A stretch of DNA of 64,000 nucleotides from positions 20,896,001-20,960,000 of the forward strand of contig NC_086109.1 in assembly GCF_963921235.1 (NCBI RefSeq), in the 5' to 3' direction. A model generated the notes under the pieces. It was given only the letters and a program-made list of their open reading frames with translations. It did not search any database and was not told the origin of the DNA. Below, one piece after another: positions 51,401 to 61,109 of this stretch. The position numbers and the translations under genes are program-made. Origin of the DNA: Mobula hypostoma (lineage: Eukaryota). How positions within the stretch are numbered: the stretch's first letter is position 1; every line of letters starts with the position of its first letter.

Positions 51401-54400
51401 GCTTTGGTTTAACACTAACTTAAAGAGATCCCCTGCATAATTGAAGGCAGATTATCCATGTACATTAGTCTTCGGCTGTCTACTAAGCAAGAGTTCAAGA
51501 GCCTTGGTAGAGTTGTACTGCGTAGAAGCAGGCCCCATGGTTCACCACATCCATGCCAACTTTTTTTCTCAACCTACCTAATCACATTTGTATTAGCTGT
51601 AAGGTTAGACATACTTGGATTTTTTCCCCTCCTCTGGAACATCAGAGATTGGAGGATGGGGTGTTGAGCTGATAGAAATCTGCAAGATTGGAAAAGGTGT
51701 AGTTTAGATTTCATGTGGTTGAAATGTCAGATATTTAGTGGTAGATGACTAAAGTGCTACTAACAGAGGTGGTAGAAGCTGTTATGATAGTGACATTTAA
51801 AAGGCATTTTGACAGGCACAAGAGTAGGAAGGATATAGATCATGTGCAGTAAGATAGGATTGGGTTGGTATCACAGTTGATACAGACAGCAAGCTGAAAG
51901 GCTGTTGTGCTCTTCTATTTCCCTCATTCTCTTGCCTTCCACTACCCCCCTCCCCAGTAAACTGTTGTATTACTATAGTGCTTTAAATAATGTAAAAACA
52001 TGAATGAATCTGAGTAATCTTCCTTGTTCTCTCAACAGCGATTTAATGTTGCACTGACCAGAGCAAAGGCGCTGTTGATAGTGATTGGAAATCCTATAAT
52101 CCTAACCAAGGACCCAAACTGGAACAGGTGGGTGGCTTGGTGCTGGTGGTGATGCCTGTTTTGCTGTCGTGTCTGTTCTTGTAATTTTCCAGAAGTTGCT
52201 CCTAGGTGGGGCTAGTGGTATTGCTGAGGACTCCAACAGTCTGGATTATACAGGGATTTCAGGGAATTGAAAATAAGTTTCCAAAATACTGGAAATACCC
52301 TAGATAGAATATTGAGAGGGTGGTGGTTATTTACATTTTAAGTGAAAGTTTACCGTGTGGAAAACTTCGGACACATTGACAATCTATTTTATTGGCCAGA
52401 CGCTGATGGGGAGCATATCAGTAAGACGCTATAGAACATGTTAGGAAACCTGTGGAAGGGAGGAGGCTATTCAACCTCAGTTGAACAATGCCTGTATTGA
52501 TTTCTTCTAATAATTCAAGTAGGTTCTCTTGAGAGTTGCATTTCAACCACATAGCTAAGTTAGCCTTGTAAACGATCTCATAAAAAGCATTCCTTGAAGG
52601 AGGCTGGGGCATCCTCAATGCTGCTAATATACATTAAGTGCTGTTAAGAAAGAAAAAAAAATTGGGTTCTACGCCTGAGCTTCAGGGCACGGGGGGGAGG
52701 TAGAAGTCACCCTTGGGCAAGGTGTAGCACCTGCTTAGCCATTCCCCCCCCCCACCCCCAAATGATATGGGTCACGTGAAGCCATGGGAGCTGGTGGTGG
52801 ATGGTTGTATGAACAGCTAGTGCATATTGCAAGTCCTGGTTACGGGACCATCGCTGAAGACAATCTCTGAAGGGTATTGGTAATGGCTGGGGTCGTTGTC
52901 CTGTAAAGACACTGCCCAGGAGATGGCAATGGCAAACCACTTCTGTAGAAAAAATTACCAAGAACAATTATGGTCAAAGACCATGATTGCCCACTTCATA
53001 TGACATGGCACATGACGATGACTCAAGAGCTGTACGTGCCCAAGTGCAGACTGTAATCTCCAAAAAGTAGAAAACCAATGAACTTAACACTTCTCTAAGA
53101 TTATATAAATATTTGATAGGGTAAACTTGAAATATTCCCACATGATGATGGATCCAAAACCAGGGTGCACATTTTGGGAGATGTATCTTTCTCTATTGTA
53201 AGTAGTGTTTTAAAAAAAAACAAGCACTGGGTATTGTAGTCAAATAGTAGATACATTGAAGCAGAAGTCAGATAAACAAAAGGAGGAAAAATGGTTTTGG
53301 GGTTTGATGGAGTAGGGTTTGAGAAGTGTGAAGAACTTGAATCTTCTGTTGATTTGGAACTTTCTGTCCAGTCTGAAACAAAGTTTATGGAGTGGGATGG
53401 TCCAATTTATAGCTGGTTCAATTACCTAGTTCCATTTAGGTCAGGGAGAATGACTGTTTTCCTTTGGATCAAGCACTAGACTACCCCTGCATGTTGATGT
53501 TTGTTATCCACATTTAGGAAAATTTATGAATAGAAGGCAAGATTGACTGCAGCAATCTATTTACCCTCCTGTCCTAAGCCAGAGATATTAACATCAGAGT
53601 CTGAAACTATTAGGCTTGGGTCAGATAGTCAGGCAGTAGCACGAATAAAAATAGTTGGATGTACAAGTTAGACCTCATGGAGGAAATAGAAGGATGGGGA
53701 GGGACACAGCCTGAACAGGATTTTGAGAAATTTAAAGATGCATTATGAAGTAGTAATTGTTCAGGTTACTAAATACTGATTCTGTCACTTTATTGCCAGG
53801 TTCCTAGATCACTGCAAGGTCAATCAAGGTTACACTGGCTACAGAGATAGAGATGAAGATGAGATTGAAAATGGCCTCATTGATCAGCTTGAGCAGCTCA
53901 ACCTTGGCAGCGAATCAACAGGTGATGACCCAGGCTACTATGAAGTAGCTGCATTTTTAAAAATCTGAAGTCCAGTTATAAACAATTGAAAGGCTGGGAC
54001 ATTAATTGGCCAATTCCAAGTAATCCACACTCCCTATGTTCCCTCCACACTATCGTTATTCAGCATTTCCACCCCCCCCCCCCACACTTCACTCACTTTT
54101 CCACCTAGGTTTCTTCTCCCTTGGTTAATGTTTCCACCTGCCTTCCCCACTTGGATCCATTTGCCCATCATCTTGTCTAGTTTGACCTCCCAACAGTTTA
54201 CCTCTCCACACTGTATCTTGATGCAACTTCTTCCAGCAGTTTGTTCCAATATTCCAGCCTCTAGTATCTCCACAAACAACCTTCCTCTGATTTACCAACT
54301 GTTGGTTGCAGTCTAATAAACAGAATTGCACTATGTCAGTTGAGTTTTGAACACATTTGTTTTGTACTTCTGATACCTGGTTGTACCATCACTGGTTCCC

Positions 54401-54976
54401 ATATGAAGACTGGCCTCTTGAATTGGATACTATGGTGGTAGCCTCTGAGAAGCTTGTAGGACAATAACACAATGGGGTGATACCTTGGCATTCAGACGTC
54501 ACTGCCAGCATGACTTACAGTGCAGGCTTAGATTGGAGTTTGGGGATATAATTGCATCTAAGGCTGAATTAAACTGTTTAACTTGGGTGAGTTTACAAAT
54601 GGGGAGCAAACACCCATTCTTTCATTTAAAGCTTGTGGGGAAAAAAAATGAAGTGTTAAATGTGTAATAATTATATTAGAAATAGTTGGTGAGCCAATAT
54701 AATGAAAGAACACAAGACTCATCCAGGCAAGAAATAGATGTTATCTTGAAATGTGAGCAGTAGTGTTTTTTTGGATTGGATTTCTTGTATGAAACAATTT
54801 TTATCTACTGTTCATAGTACTGAAAGGGTGGTGCGGGGGGTGGTGGGGGAGAACAACCCTGAACTAGTGGGATATTGTGCAACGAATTAATCATTTGATT
54901 TGACTTGACAGGAGATCCTAATGATATCAGCATTGCCCAACAATACGTGGAGCCAGAATGGAGGAGTGAAGTTTAA
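3457..54976 (+). CDS. MOV10: MOV10 RNA helicase (UPF1-like SF1), 5'-partial spliced CDS, 15 exons in window
   Basis: Manually spliced exons join in frame (1854 nt = 617 aa + TAA), and all introns are GT-AG. Motifs: GPPGTGKT (I), APSNSA (Ia), DEAGH (II), GDPKQLGP (III), NYRSHP (IV), VEEFQGQE (V), [10 protein letters not shown] (VI). N-part [15 protein letters not shown] and C-terminus VEPEWRSEV match MOV10 as recalled (human ends ...QVEPEWRNEL), not MOV10L1 or UPF1. Confidence 0.95.
3944..4463 (+). mobile_element. internally deleted Tc1/mariner element (N-terminal HTH only), copy 1
   Basis: [20 protein letters not shown]...[40 protein letters not shown]-type TIRs; TA at left end. Confidence 0.75.
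4747..6048. mobile_element. fold-back Tc1 (IR/DR type) made of two right ends
   Basis: TA-CAGTGGCATGCAAAAGTTTGGGCACC ... GGTGCCCAAACTTTTGCATGCCACTG-TA; minus ORFs [32 protein letters not shown] and KVLPWPSQS; plus [25 protein letters not shown]. Confidence 0.88.
7391..8578 (-). mobile_element. 5'-truncated Rex1/Babar-like LINE with (ATTCTG)n tail
   Basis: [59 protein letters not shown]; tail cagaatcagaatc. Confidence 0.85.
9023..9237 (+). mobile_element. short RTE-type 3'-end retroposon (SINE-like) with (GAA)n tail
   Basis: 3' part reads [21 protein letters not shown], typical of an RTE ORF C-terminus; imperfect TSD gctacagca / gctaaagta. Confidence 0.55.
9586..9762 (+). CDS. MOV10: MOV10 exon 2: [58 protein letters not shown](S)
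   Basis: acceptor tttttccag|, donor |gtgagt; 177 nt, phase 2 to 2; conserved FTFNRxPxRxQHRA motif. Confidence 0.93.
10051..10084 (+). ncRNA. minimal type-I hammerhead ribozyme motif in a Penelope-derived repeat (about 10010-10151)
   Basis: GTC-CTGACGA-AGG(GTCTCGG)CCT-GAAA-CGTC-GAC: intact core boxes, stem I GTC/GAC, palindromic ACGT stem III. Confidence 0.7.
11135..11425 (-). mobile_element. V-SINE/HE1-like tRNA-derived SINE
   Basis: reverse strand ccacagtagcatagtggttagcacaac...tacgtcctccccatg...gggtcctctggtttcctctcaca (V-domain-like). Confidence 0.6.
12342..12489 (+). CDS. MOV10: MOV10 exon 3 (Walker A): [49 protein letters not shown]
   Basis: acceptor ttttttaaag|, donor |gtacca; 148 nt, phase 2 to 0. 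Confidence 0.95.
13228..13518 (+). mobile_element. V-SINE/HE1-like SINE
   Basis: ggggttcaactcc B-box-like; gtaaggagtttgcaggttctccctgtgaccgtgtgggtttcctctcaca central domain; related copies at 22211-22500, 34800-35015, 63582-63742 (+) and 43470-43625 (-). Confidence 0.6.
14965..15617. repeat. compound (TA)n/(TG)n microsatellite with a higher-order unit of about 36 bp
   Basis: recurring (TA)nATTGTG(TA)nATA(TG)n units; source of the low-complexity ORFs at 14811-15642. Confidence 0.95.
17440..17633. mobile_element. palindromic Penelope-derived short element with a central hammerhead, inserted in a minus-strand CR1 3' fragment (about 17330-17945)
   Basis: arms 17474-17535 and 17571-17633 are near reverse complements. 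Confidence 0.75.
17537..17570 (+). ncRNA. minimal type-I hammerhead ribozyme motif
   Basis: GTC-CTGATGA-A-GGG(TCTCGG)CTC-GAAA-CGTC-GAT; core intact. Confidence 0.7.
17784..17828. repeat. 17-bp tandem duplication (CTCATAAGACATATATC x2.6)
   Basis: direct reading. Confidence 0.85.
19165..20180 (-). mobile_element. degraded CR1 LINE 3' fragment
   Basis: [44 protein letters not shown]. Confidence 0.8.
20603..20764 (+). CDS. MOV10: MOV10 exon 4 (motif Ia): [54 protein letters not shown]
   Basis: acceptor actttcag|, donor |gtagga; 162 nt, phase 0 to 0; overlaps track ORF 20603..20845. Confidence 0.95.
22749..22852 (+). CDS. MOV10: MOV10 exon 5: [34 protein letters not shown](R)
   Basis: acceptor tttctgatag|, donor |gtgagt; 104 nt, phase 0 to 2. 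Confidence 0.92.
23007..23082. mobile_element. hAT (Charlie-type) MITE of about 80 bp
   Basis: CAGGGGTTCCTAACC...GGTTGGGAACCTCTG; imperfect 8-bp TSD cactaaat/ctctaaaa; siblings at 43879-43956 and 46043-46124 (TSD ttctaatc/ctctagtc), partial at about 9502-9545. Confidence 0.7.
23516..27345 (+). mobile_element. 5'-truncated CR1 LINE (RT + 3' UTR), interrupted by Rex1 at 25211-27237
   Basis: [55 protein letters not shown]; 3' tail gactcgatgggctgaatggcctaattctgctcct. Confidence 0.88.
25211..27237 (-). mobile_element. Rex1/Babar LINE, 5'-truncated, relatively well preserved RT
   Basis: 321-aa [43 protein letters not shown] plus downstream frameshifted ORFs ([21 protein letters not shown]); 8-bp TSD AGTGATAT at 25203-25210 and 27238-27245. 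Confidence 0.9.
27979..28076 (+). CDS. MOV10: MOV10 exon 6 (Walker B): [32 protein letters not shown](G)
   Basis: acceptor ttttaaacag|, donor |gtaaaa; 98 nt, phase 2 to 1. Confidence 0.95.
28225..29601 (+). mobile_element. 5'-truncated CR1 LINE
   Basis: [39 protein letters not shown]1 3' tail ending (TCTTATG)n. Confidence 0.85.
29936..31567 (+). mobile_element. full-length, decayed Tc1 transposon (about 1.63 kb, long IR/DR-type TIRs)
   Basis: TA-CAGAGCCTATAAAAAGTATTCACC...; TIRs of about 210 bp; transposase pseudo-ORF 30320-31330 [72 protein letters not shown] with stops and frameshifts. Confidence 0.9.
31780..32020 (+). mobile_element. Penelope-type 3' UTR/pLTR remnant with degenerate hammerhead
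   Basis: pyrimidine-rich tract then gtcctggtgaaggatttcggcctgaggtgttgac and the shared tail. Confidence 0.55.
32215..33005 (-). mobile_element. degraded CR1 3' fragment
   Basis: tail tagagtcatagaaaagtacagcacagaaacaggccctttggccc; related fragments at about 21470-21730, 38835-39470, 49620-50095 (-) and 49210-49620 (+). Confidence 0.7.
35165..35281 (+). CDS. MOV10: MOV10 exon 7 (motif III): [38 protein letters not shown](E)
   Basis: acceptor tactcttcaag|, donor |gtaagt; 117 nt, phase 1 to 1. Confidence 0.92.
35610..36900 (-). mobile_element. CR1 LINE 5' UTR + ORF1 (SGNH esterase) joined directly to the ORF2 C-terminus and 3' tail
   Basis: [45 protein letters not shown] (GDS / HxGTND esterase blocks); junction near 35810 reads ..[25 protein letters not shown]. 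Confidence 0.75.
37385..37682 (+). mobile_element. hAT-Charlie-like DNA transposon remnant(s)
   Basis: ends gcggcccggaggttgggaaccactg and ggtccgcggtgcaaagaagcctggggacccctg. Confidence 0.45.
39549..39586 (-). ncRNA. hammerhead ribozyme motif (left pLTR)
   Basis: minus strand TAGTC-CTGACGA-A-GGG(TCTCGG)CCC-GAAA-TGTC-AACTG; core boxes intact, stems I and III weakened. Confidence 0.55.
39883..40122 (-). pseudogene. Penelope GIY-YIG endonuclease C-terminal fragment
   Basis: open frame not in the ORF track: [79 protein letters not shown] (R..EH, HF, E...I, G.N motifs). Confidence 0.8.
40354..40389 (+). ncRNA. hammerhead ribozyme motif (inverted right pLTR)
   Basis: GTC-CTGACGA-AGG(GTCTCGG)CCT-GAAA-CGTC-AACTG; core intact, one stem I mismatch. 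Confidence 0.62.
40967..41075 (+). CDS. MOV10: MOV10 exon 8: [35 protein letters not shown](R)
   Basis: acceptor gtctttcag|, donor |gtgaga; 109 nt, phase 1 to 2. Confidence 0.94.
42520..43210 (+). mobile_element. old, heavily degraded Penelope RT-thumb/GIY-YIG fragment
   Basis: [28 protein letters not shown] resembles the PLE motif TxIxYKPTDSHSYLxYTSSHPxSCKxSIPFSQF; followed by a Penelope-derived short element at 43215-43360. Confidence 0.5.
44146..44263 (+). CDS. MOV10: MOV10 exon 9: [39 protein letters not shown]
   Basis: acceptor gtttattag|, donor |gtaagc; 118 nt, phase 2 to 0. Confidence 0.94.
45579..45770 (+). CDS. MOV10: MOV10 exon 10: [64 protein letters not shown]
   Basis: acceptor aattctag|, donor |gtttgg; 192 nt, phase 0 to 0. 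Confidence 0.94.
46779..47878 (-). mobile_element. 5'-truncated Rex1/Babar-like LINE with (ATTCA)n-like tail
   Basis: [66 protein letters not shown]; sibling at about 61443-62230; shorter 3' ends at about 50100-50590 and 50980-51385. Confidence 0.85.
48084..48158 (+). CDS. MOV10: MOV10 exon 11: [25 protein letters not shown]
   Basis: acceptor ctttcccacag|, donor |gtatgt; 75 nt, phase 0 to 0. Confidence 0.93.
49032..49157 (+). CDS. MOV10: MOV10 exon 12 (motif V): [42 protein letters not shown]
   Basis: acceptor catttcattag|, donor |gtaaat; 126 nt, phase 0 to 0. Confidence 0.95.
52039..52127 (+). CDS. MOV10: MOV10 exon 13 (motif VI): [29 protein letters not shown](R)
   Basis: acceptor ttctctcaacag|, donor |gtgggt; 89 nt, phase 0 to 2. 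Confidence 0.95.
52705..53020 (+). mobile_element. SINE-like element with RTE/BovA-like segment
   Basis: gtcacccttgggcaagg head and GGAGATGGCAATGGCAAACCACTTCTGTA segment; (ATG)n-like tail. Confidence 0.45.
53800..53921 (+). CDS. MOV10: MOV10 exon 14: [40 protein letters not shown](G)
   Basis: acceptor tttattgccag|, donor |gtgatg (weak but phase-compatible with the last exon); 122 nt, phase 2 to 1. Confidence 0.82.
54912..54976 (+). CDS. MOV10: MOV10 terminal coding exon: [20 protein letters not shown]
   Basis: acceptor gacttgacag|; TAA at 54974-54976; VEPEWR is the conserved MOV10 C-terminal motif. Confidence 0.9.
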
Positions 54977-55106
54977 TTGACACTGGACAAGGTGTGATAG
55001 TACCTTGACACCTACATGATTAAAATTGAAGGAAATGCTGTGTTAGGGAAATGTTTATACAATATTTAAATACAAACTAATTCTTAATTGAATCTGAACC
55101 AAAAAT

Positions 55107-55112
55107 AATAAA
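55107..55112 (+). terminator. candidate proximal polyadenylation signal of MOV10
   Basis: AATAAA about 130 nt after the stop codon. Confidence 0.35.
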
Positions 55113-56571
55113 TTGCATACCTGTGCACTTTCCATTTTCTACCAATGAGTTGATACTGTAGTTCTCCAGTATTTTTTTATGGCTGCATGAGTTTCATATT
55201 GAATTTTGGTAACTTTGAGTCATATGCAATTGAAGTTTGTGCTCTTTATAAATTAAGCAGTTTTACACAGACCAGAAGGATCATTTTTACATTTGAATTT
55301 GTTTAATTTGACTAGGCAAGAGTTTACAGGATCTAGAAGTCAGGGTCAGTGCGCGGCAACCAGAGGACTGTATTCCTATCTGAAACTTGTCACAGGAAAG
55401 GGCTGGATTGAAGTTAACTGAGGACATAGTCAGAATTGAAAAAGGTGTCTGCTTGGTACTTAAGTAAACAAAGGATTCCTGAGACTTTTTAAAAAGCATG
55501 TTACCTTTGTCAGGTCTTTAATGCTTTTTAATAGACTAATTATAGCAGAAACTTTAACCAGAAAATTTACCTAAAGGCTCAATTTAACTACCTGTGCACT
55601 GTCCAAGATAGATCTTTTATGCTGATCTTGTTTTTTTCTGAAAATGTGTAGGCAATTGGGAGCAGGGACATTTACTCAAAGTACTAAATAGTCACTTTAA
55701 CTGTTAGTTTGCGTAATCTGATTTAAGCAATCAACCTCAAAGTGCAAAGTAAGCTAATGTGCTGAAAAAAATAATAAGGCTCAATTCTAATGCACTGCAG
55801 ATGCTTTCTCTCCACCCTTTCAAATACAATCCCATATTTCTGCATTTTGGCTTTGAAAGCTTACTTGGGAACTGTACTAAATTATGGTAGCAGTGCTCAT
55901 TAGTAGCAAGTTTTCCCAATGTTACCTCAATCACTGAAATCCAACTAGATAAAATATTTTAAAGTTTGAAACCAAATGTATAATTTGAGTCTGGGTAAAT
56001 ATGGAATGGAACAGAATAGCACACTGCCAACTTATTTCAACCTACTCCACAATCAATCTGATCCTTTCCTCCTACATAACCCAATATTTTTCTTAAATCT
56101 ACATGCCTATTTAAATACTTTCTTAAATGTCCCTATACAAGTGTTTCAGGTACTTAACCACTGTTTATAAAACTACCTCTAACATCTCCCCTATACTTTT
56201 CTCTTAAATGATGATCTCTGGTATTGGCCATTAGCTGCCCTGGGAAAGAGAATGTGCTGTTATCTACTGTATCAAATCACCTCTCATGCTGCTTCACTCT
56301 GAAGAGAAAAGCCCCAGCTTACTCAACCTTTCCCTCACAAAGAATTAATTATGTACTGCACGAACCTTTAATAACAGGCTGCATTGGTTACAACCCTGCA
56401 ACACTTGGCATAATTTCAAAATGCCTTGTTAGAATTCCCTCTTGCATATCACTGTCCAAGATATTTTGGTTACAGTCTTAAATACACAAGTTGGTGTTAA
56501 AACTGCTCAGCATTTATACTGGAATAGTTAATGCCTTTGTAAATTCATACTCAACCTACATTTCTGATCCA

Positions 56572-56577
56572 AATAAA
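56572..56577 (+). terminator. candidate distal polyadenylation signal of MOV10
   Basis: AATAAA followed about 20 nt later by GU-rich ttgttcggttgggttggttc. Confidence 0.45.
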
Positions 56578-57555
56578 ACAAATGTTCCCATCATATTGTT
56601 CGGTTGGGTTGGTTCTTAATGCTAACAATACATTCCACTGTATGTTTCAATGTATGAGATAAATAAACAAATTCAAATGAGTTGTAAAGACCTGTGGCTT
56701 CTTATCTAGCTACTGCTGCATAAAAACAATGGAAATAACTGACAAGCTGTTAAGGTTGCTGGCAGGATGTAAAAGAGCTTTGCAAAGCAATATTTGAATG
56801 TGTCAGATACATGTCACCTCAGTTGTTTTAGATGGGATAGTGGGAGGGATGGCATGAGTAGAAGGGAAAAAGTCAGCAGTGCTCCATCAGGCCAGACTAG
56901 AGTTGTCGTCAAGTGAAGCTTTATGGGTGGGACAGAGGATGAAGAAAGGCATGACCACATTGAGCTATAATGTAAAACACCCAACAGCCCACAAGATTTA
57001 GAACAAATTTCTAGAGAGCAGACTGCAGTAGATGGTTGCCTCCCTACCTGGAGGTCTGTGACTCGTAGAGTGCTGTAGAGATCAGTACCGAGTTCATTTT
57101 TGATACAGATGACAAATGTGGTCAACTGGATCAGCAAATTTGCAATGGCTCCAGGATTGGGGTTTAGGAGACAGCAAAGACTACTTGAAGCTGGTATGGA
57201 ATCTGAACCAGATGGAATTTAATGCAGACAAGGAAACTATTGAGTAAGGAGTTGGGATGTTAGCTGAAGTTGTACAAGACATCGGTGAGGCCTAATTTGG
57301 AGTATTGTTGCAATTTTTGTCATCCTATGGGAAAGATGCAAATTTTCTTTGTATTCTTTCAATTTTATTTACAAGGAAATTGCCAGGACTTGAGGACTCG
57401 TGTTATCCCCCAGAAAGTAGATTGGAGGGAGATTTGATAGTGTTAAACAAAATTATGAGGGAGATAGATGGGGATATGCAAGCAAGCTTCTTCTACTGAA
57501 GTTGGGTGAGACTACAATGAGGTAAAGGCTTCTGGCTGTATGTATTGACTAGTTA

Positions 57556-57998
57556 ATAGAAACATAGAAAATAGGTGCAGGAGTAGGCCATTCGAGCCTC
57601 CACCACCATTTATTATGATCATGGCTGATCATCCAACTCAGAACCCCGCCCCAGCCTTCCCTCCATACCCCCTGACCCCCGTAGCCACAAGGGCCATATC
57701 TAACTCCCTCTTAAACATAGCCAATGAACTGGCCTCAACAGTTTCCTGTGGCAGAGAATTCCACAGATTCACCACTCTCTCTGTGAAGAAGTTTTTCCGA
57801 ATCTCGGTCCTAAAAGGCTTCCCCTCTATCCTCAAACTGTGACCCCTCGTTCTGGACTTCCCCAACATCGGGAACAATCTTCCTGCATCTAGCCTGTCCA
57901 ATCCCTTTAGGATCTTATACGTTTCAATCAGATCCCCCCTCAATCTTCTAAATTCCAACGAGTACAAGCCCAGTTCATCCAGTCTTTCTTCATATGAC
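57556..57998 (-). mobile_element. young 5'-truncated CR1 3' end
   Basis: uninterrupted frame [46 protein letters not shown]; (TTTCTATG)n tail. Confidence 0.85.
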
Positions 57999-58439
57999 AT
58001 TAGATTAAGAGCATAGTAACAAATAAAAACCAGCTTACACAACAGCAGGAAATAAGATCATATGACCTTGATTTTGCACTTCCCCCTTCAACTATAATAT
58101 GTACAGGAGAGAAGTTCCACCTCTGCTACTCAAGTCTGCAACGTTCTGCTTCCCATGATTAAGAGAAATCAAGTGTTTGGGAAAGAATCAGTACTGCACA
58201 GAATGACAGCAAGTTATACAAACTGGCAAAGGAAATTCAGTTTAACTAGCCAGTCACTTCCTAACAAAGACTATGCTTTAAAACAAAAAAAAAAATTGGC
58301 ATATCTATGGCCAGAGAAAGTCAGTTTTAAACAGCAAAGGAGAATACCTGATTGGGCAAGACCAAGGCTAATGTTGTGAGGTAATTTGGCTGTTTACCAT
58401 CCATCTGTGAAAGGAAGCAAAAACAGAACTTGTACAGAG

Positions 58440-61109
58440 TGGAGGGTGGCTTTAAGGGCTGCAAGGTTGGGGAGTAGCATTGCTTGTTTGGGAAAATATT
58501 ATAGCAGTGCTCAGGCAGGACAGATTAGAGGGCTTGTCTACCGAGTCCTTATGGGTGGAGCTGAGAAACAGGAAAGGTACGGCCACATTAGTGGGATTGT
58601 ATTACAGACCACCCAATAATCAACAAGAATTGAAAGAGCAAATCTGCAGAGAGATAGCAGGCAACTGCAGGAAACAAAGTTGTGGTGGAAGGGGATTTTA
58701 ATTTTCCATATATTGATTGGGTCTCCCATACTGTTAGGGGTCTAGATGGTTTAGAGTTTGTAAAATGTGTTCAGGAAAGTTTTCTAAATCAATATATAGA
58801 GGGACCAACTAGAGGGGATGCAATATTGGATCTCCTGTTAGGAAACGAGTTAGGACAAGTGACGGAAGTCTGTGTAGGGGAGCACTTTGGTTCCAGTGAT
58901 CATAACACCATTAGTTTCAACTTGATCATGGACAAGGATAGATCTGGTCCGAGGGTTGAGGTTCTTAACTGGAAGGCAGCCAAATTTGAAGAAATGAGAA
59001 AGGATCTAAAAAGCATGGATTGGGACAGGTTGTTCTCTGGCAAGGATGTGATCAGCAGGTGGGAAGCCTTCAAAGCAGAAATTTTGAGTGTGCAGAATTT
59101 GTATGTTCCTGTCAGGATTAAAGGCAAAGTGAATAGGAATAAGGAACCTTGGTTCTCAAGGGATATTGCAACTCTGATAAAGAAGAGGGAGTTGTATGAC
59201 ATGTATAGGAAGCAGGGAGTAAATAAGGTGCTTGAGTATAAGTGCAAGAAAATACTTAAGAAATCAGGAGGGCTAAAAGACATGAGGTTGCCTTAGCAGT
59301 CAAAGTGAAGGATAATCCAAAGAGCTTTTACAGGTATATTAAAAGGATTGTAAAGGATAAAATTGGTCCTCTTGAAGATCAGAGTGGTCCGCTATGTGCA
59401 GAACCAAAGGAAATGGGGGAGATCTTAAATAGGTTTTTTGCATCTGTATTTACTAAGGAAACTGGCATGAATTCTATGGAATTAAGGGAAACAAGTAGCG
59501 AGATCATGGAAACTGTACAGATCGAAGAGAGGAGGTCCTTGCTGTCTTGAGGAAAATTAAAGTGGATAAATCCCCAGGACCTGACAGGGTGTTCCCTCGG
59601 ACCTTGAAGGAGACTAGTGTTGAAATTACAAGGGCCCTGGCAGAAATATTTAAAATGTCACTGTCTACAGGTGAGATGCCGGAGGATTGGAGAGTGGCTC
59701 ATGTTGTTTCGTTGTTTAAAAAAGGATCGAAAAGTAATCCGGGAAATTATAGGCCAGTAAATTTAACGTCAGTAGTAGGTAAGTTATTGGAGAGAGTACT
59801 AAGAGACAGAATCTACAAGCATTTGGATAGACTGGGACTTATTAGGGAGAGTCAACATGGCTTTGGTCAAATATGACCTACCACGCACAATCTATTGGAG
59901 TTTTTCGAGGAGGTTACCAGGAAAGTGGATGAAGGGAAGGCAGTGGATATTGTCCACATGGACTTCGACAAGGCCTTTGACAAGGTCCCACATGGGAGGT
60001 TAGTTAGGAAAATTCAGTCGTTAGGTATACATGCAGAGGTGGTAAATTGGATTAGACATTGGCTCAATGGAAGAAGCCAAAGAGTGGTAGTAGAGAATTG
60101 CTTTTCCGAGTGGAGGCCTGTGACTAGCAGTGTGCCACAGGGATCAGTGCTGGGTCCATTGTTACTTGTCATCTATATCAATGATCTGGATGATAATGTG
60201 GTAAATTGGATCAGCAAATTTGCTGATGATACAAAGATTGGAGGTGTAGCAGACAGTGAGGAAGGTTTTCAGAGCCTGCAGAGGGACTTGGACCAGCTGG
60301 AAAAATGGGCTGAAAAATGGCACATGGAGTTTAATACAGACAAGTGAGGTATTGCACGTTAAAAGGACAAACCAAGGTAGAACATAGGGTTAATGGTAAG
60401 GCACTGAGGAGCGCAGTGGAACAGAGGGACCTGGGAATACAGATACAAAATTCCCTAAAAGTGTCGTCACAGGTAGATAGGGTCGTAAAGAGAGCTTTTG
60501 GTACATTGGCCTTTATTAATCGAAGTATTGAGTATAAGAGCTGGAATGTTATGAGGAGGTTGTATAAGGCATTGGTGAGGCCGAATCTCGAGTACTGTGT
60601 TCAGTTTTGGTCACCAAATTACAGGAAGGATATAAATAAGGTTGAAAGAGTGCAGAGAAGGTTACAAGGATGTTGCCGGGACTTGAGAAACTCAGTTACA
60701 GAGAAAGGTTGAATAGGTTAGGACTTTATTCCCTGCAGCACAGAAGAATGAGGGGAGATTTGATAGAGGTATATAAAATTATGATGGGTATAGATAGAGT
60801 GAATGCAAGCAGGTGGCAAGGGGAGAAAAACACCAGAGGACATGGGTTAAGGGTGGGGGGGGGGGAGTTTAAAGGGAACATTGGGGGGGCTTCTTCACAG
60901 TGGTGGGTGTATGTAATGAGCTGCCAGACAAGGTGGTAAATGCAGGTTCTTTTTTAACATTTAAGAATAAATTGGACAGATACATGGATGGGAGGTGTAT
61001 GGAGGGATATGGTCCATGTGCCAGTTGGTGGGACTAGGCAGAAAATGGTTTGGCACAGCCAAGAAGGGCCAAAAGGCCTGTTTCTGTGCTGTAGCTTCTA
61101 TGGTTTCTA
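58440..61109 (+). mobile_element. CR1 LINE ORF2 (APE endonuclease C-part + RT) with 3' tail, frameshifted
   Basis: VGLYYRPP; GDFNFP; PTRGDAILDLLL; SSDHN; KSPGPD; NYRPVNLTS; DFDKAFDKVPH; VPQGSVLGPLL; KFADDTK; LEYCVQFWSP. Confidence 0.92.

Noticed and set aside
52780..52945. Possible HDV-like ribozyme upstream of the RTE-like GGCAATGGCAAACCAC segment
   Set aside because: I could not assemble the nested double pseudoknot by eye; needs an RNArobo or Infernal search.
3457..54976. Alternative identity as MOV10L1, UPF1 or ZNFX1/HELZ
   Set aside because: [21 protein letters not shown] and the VEPEWR terminus fit MOV10. Paralog status within MOV10 cannot be resolved here.
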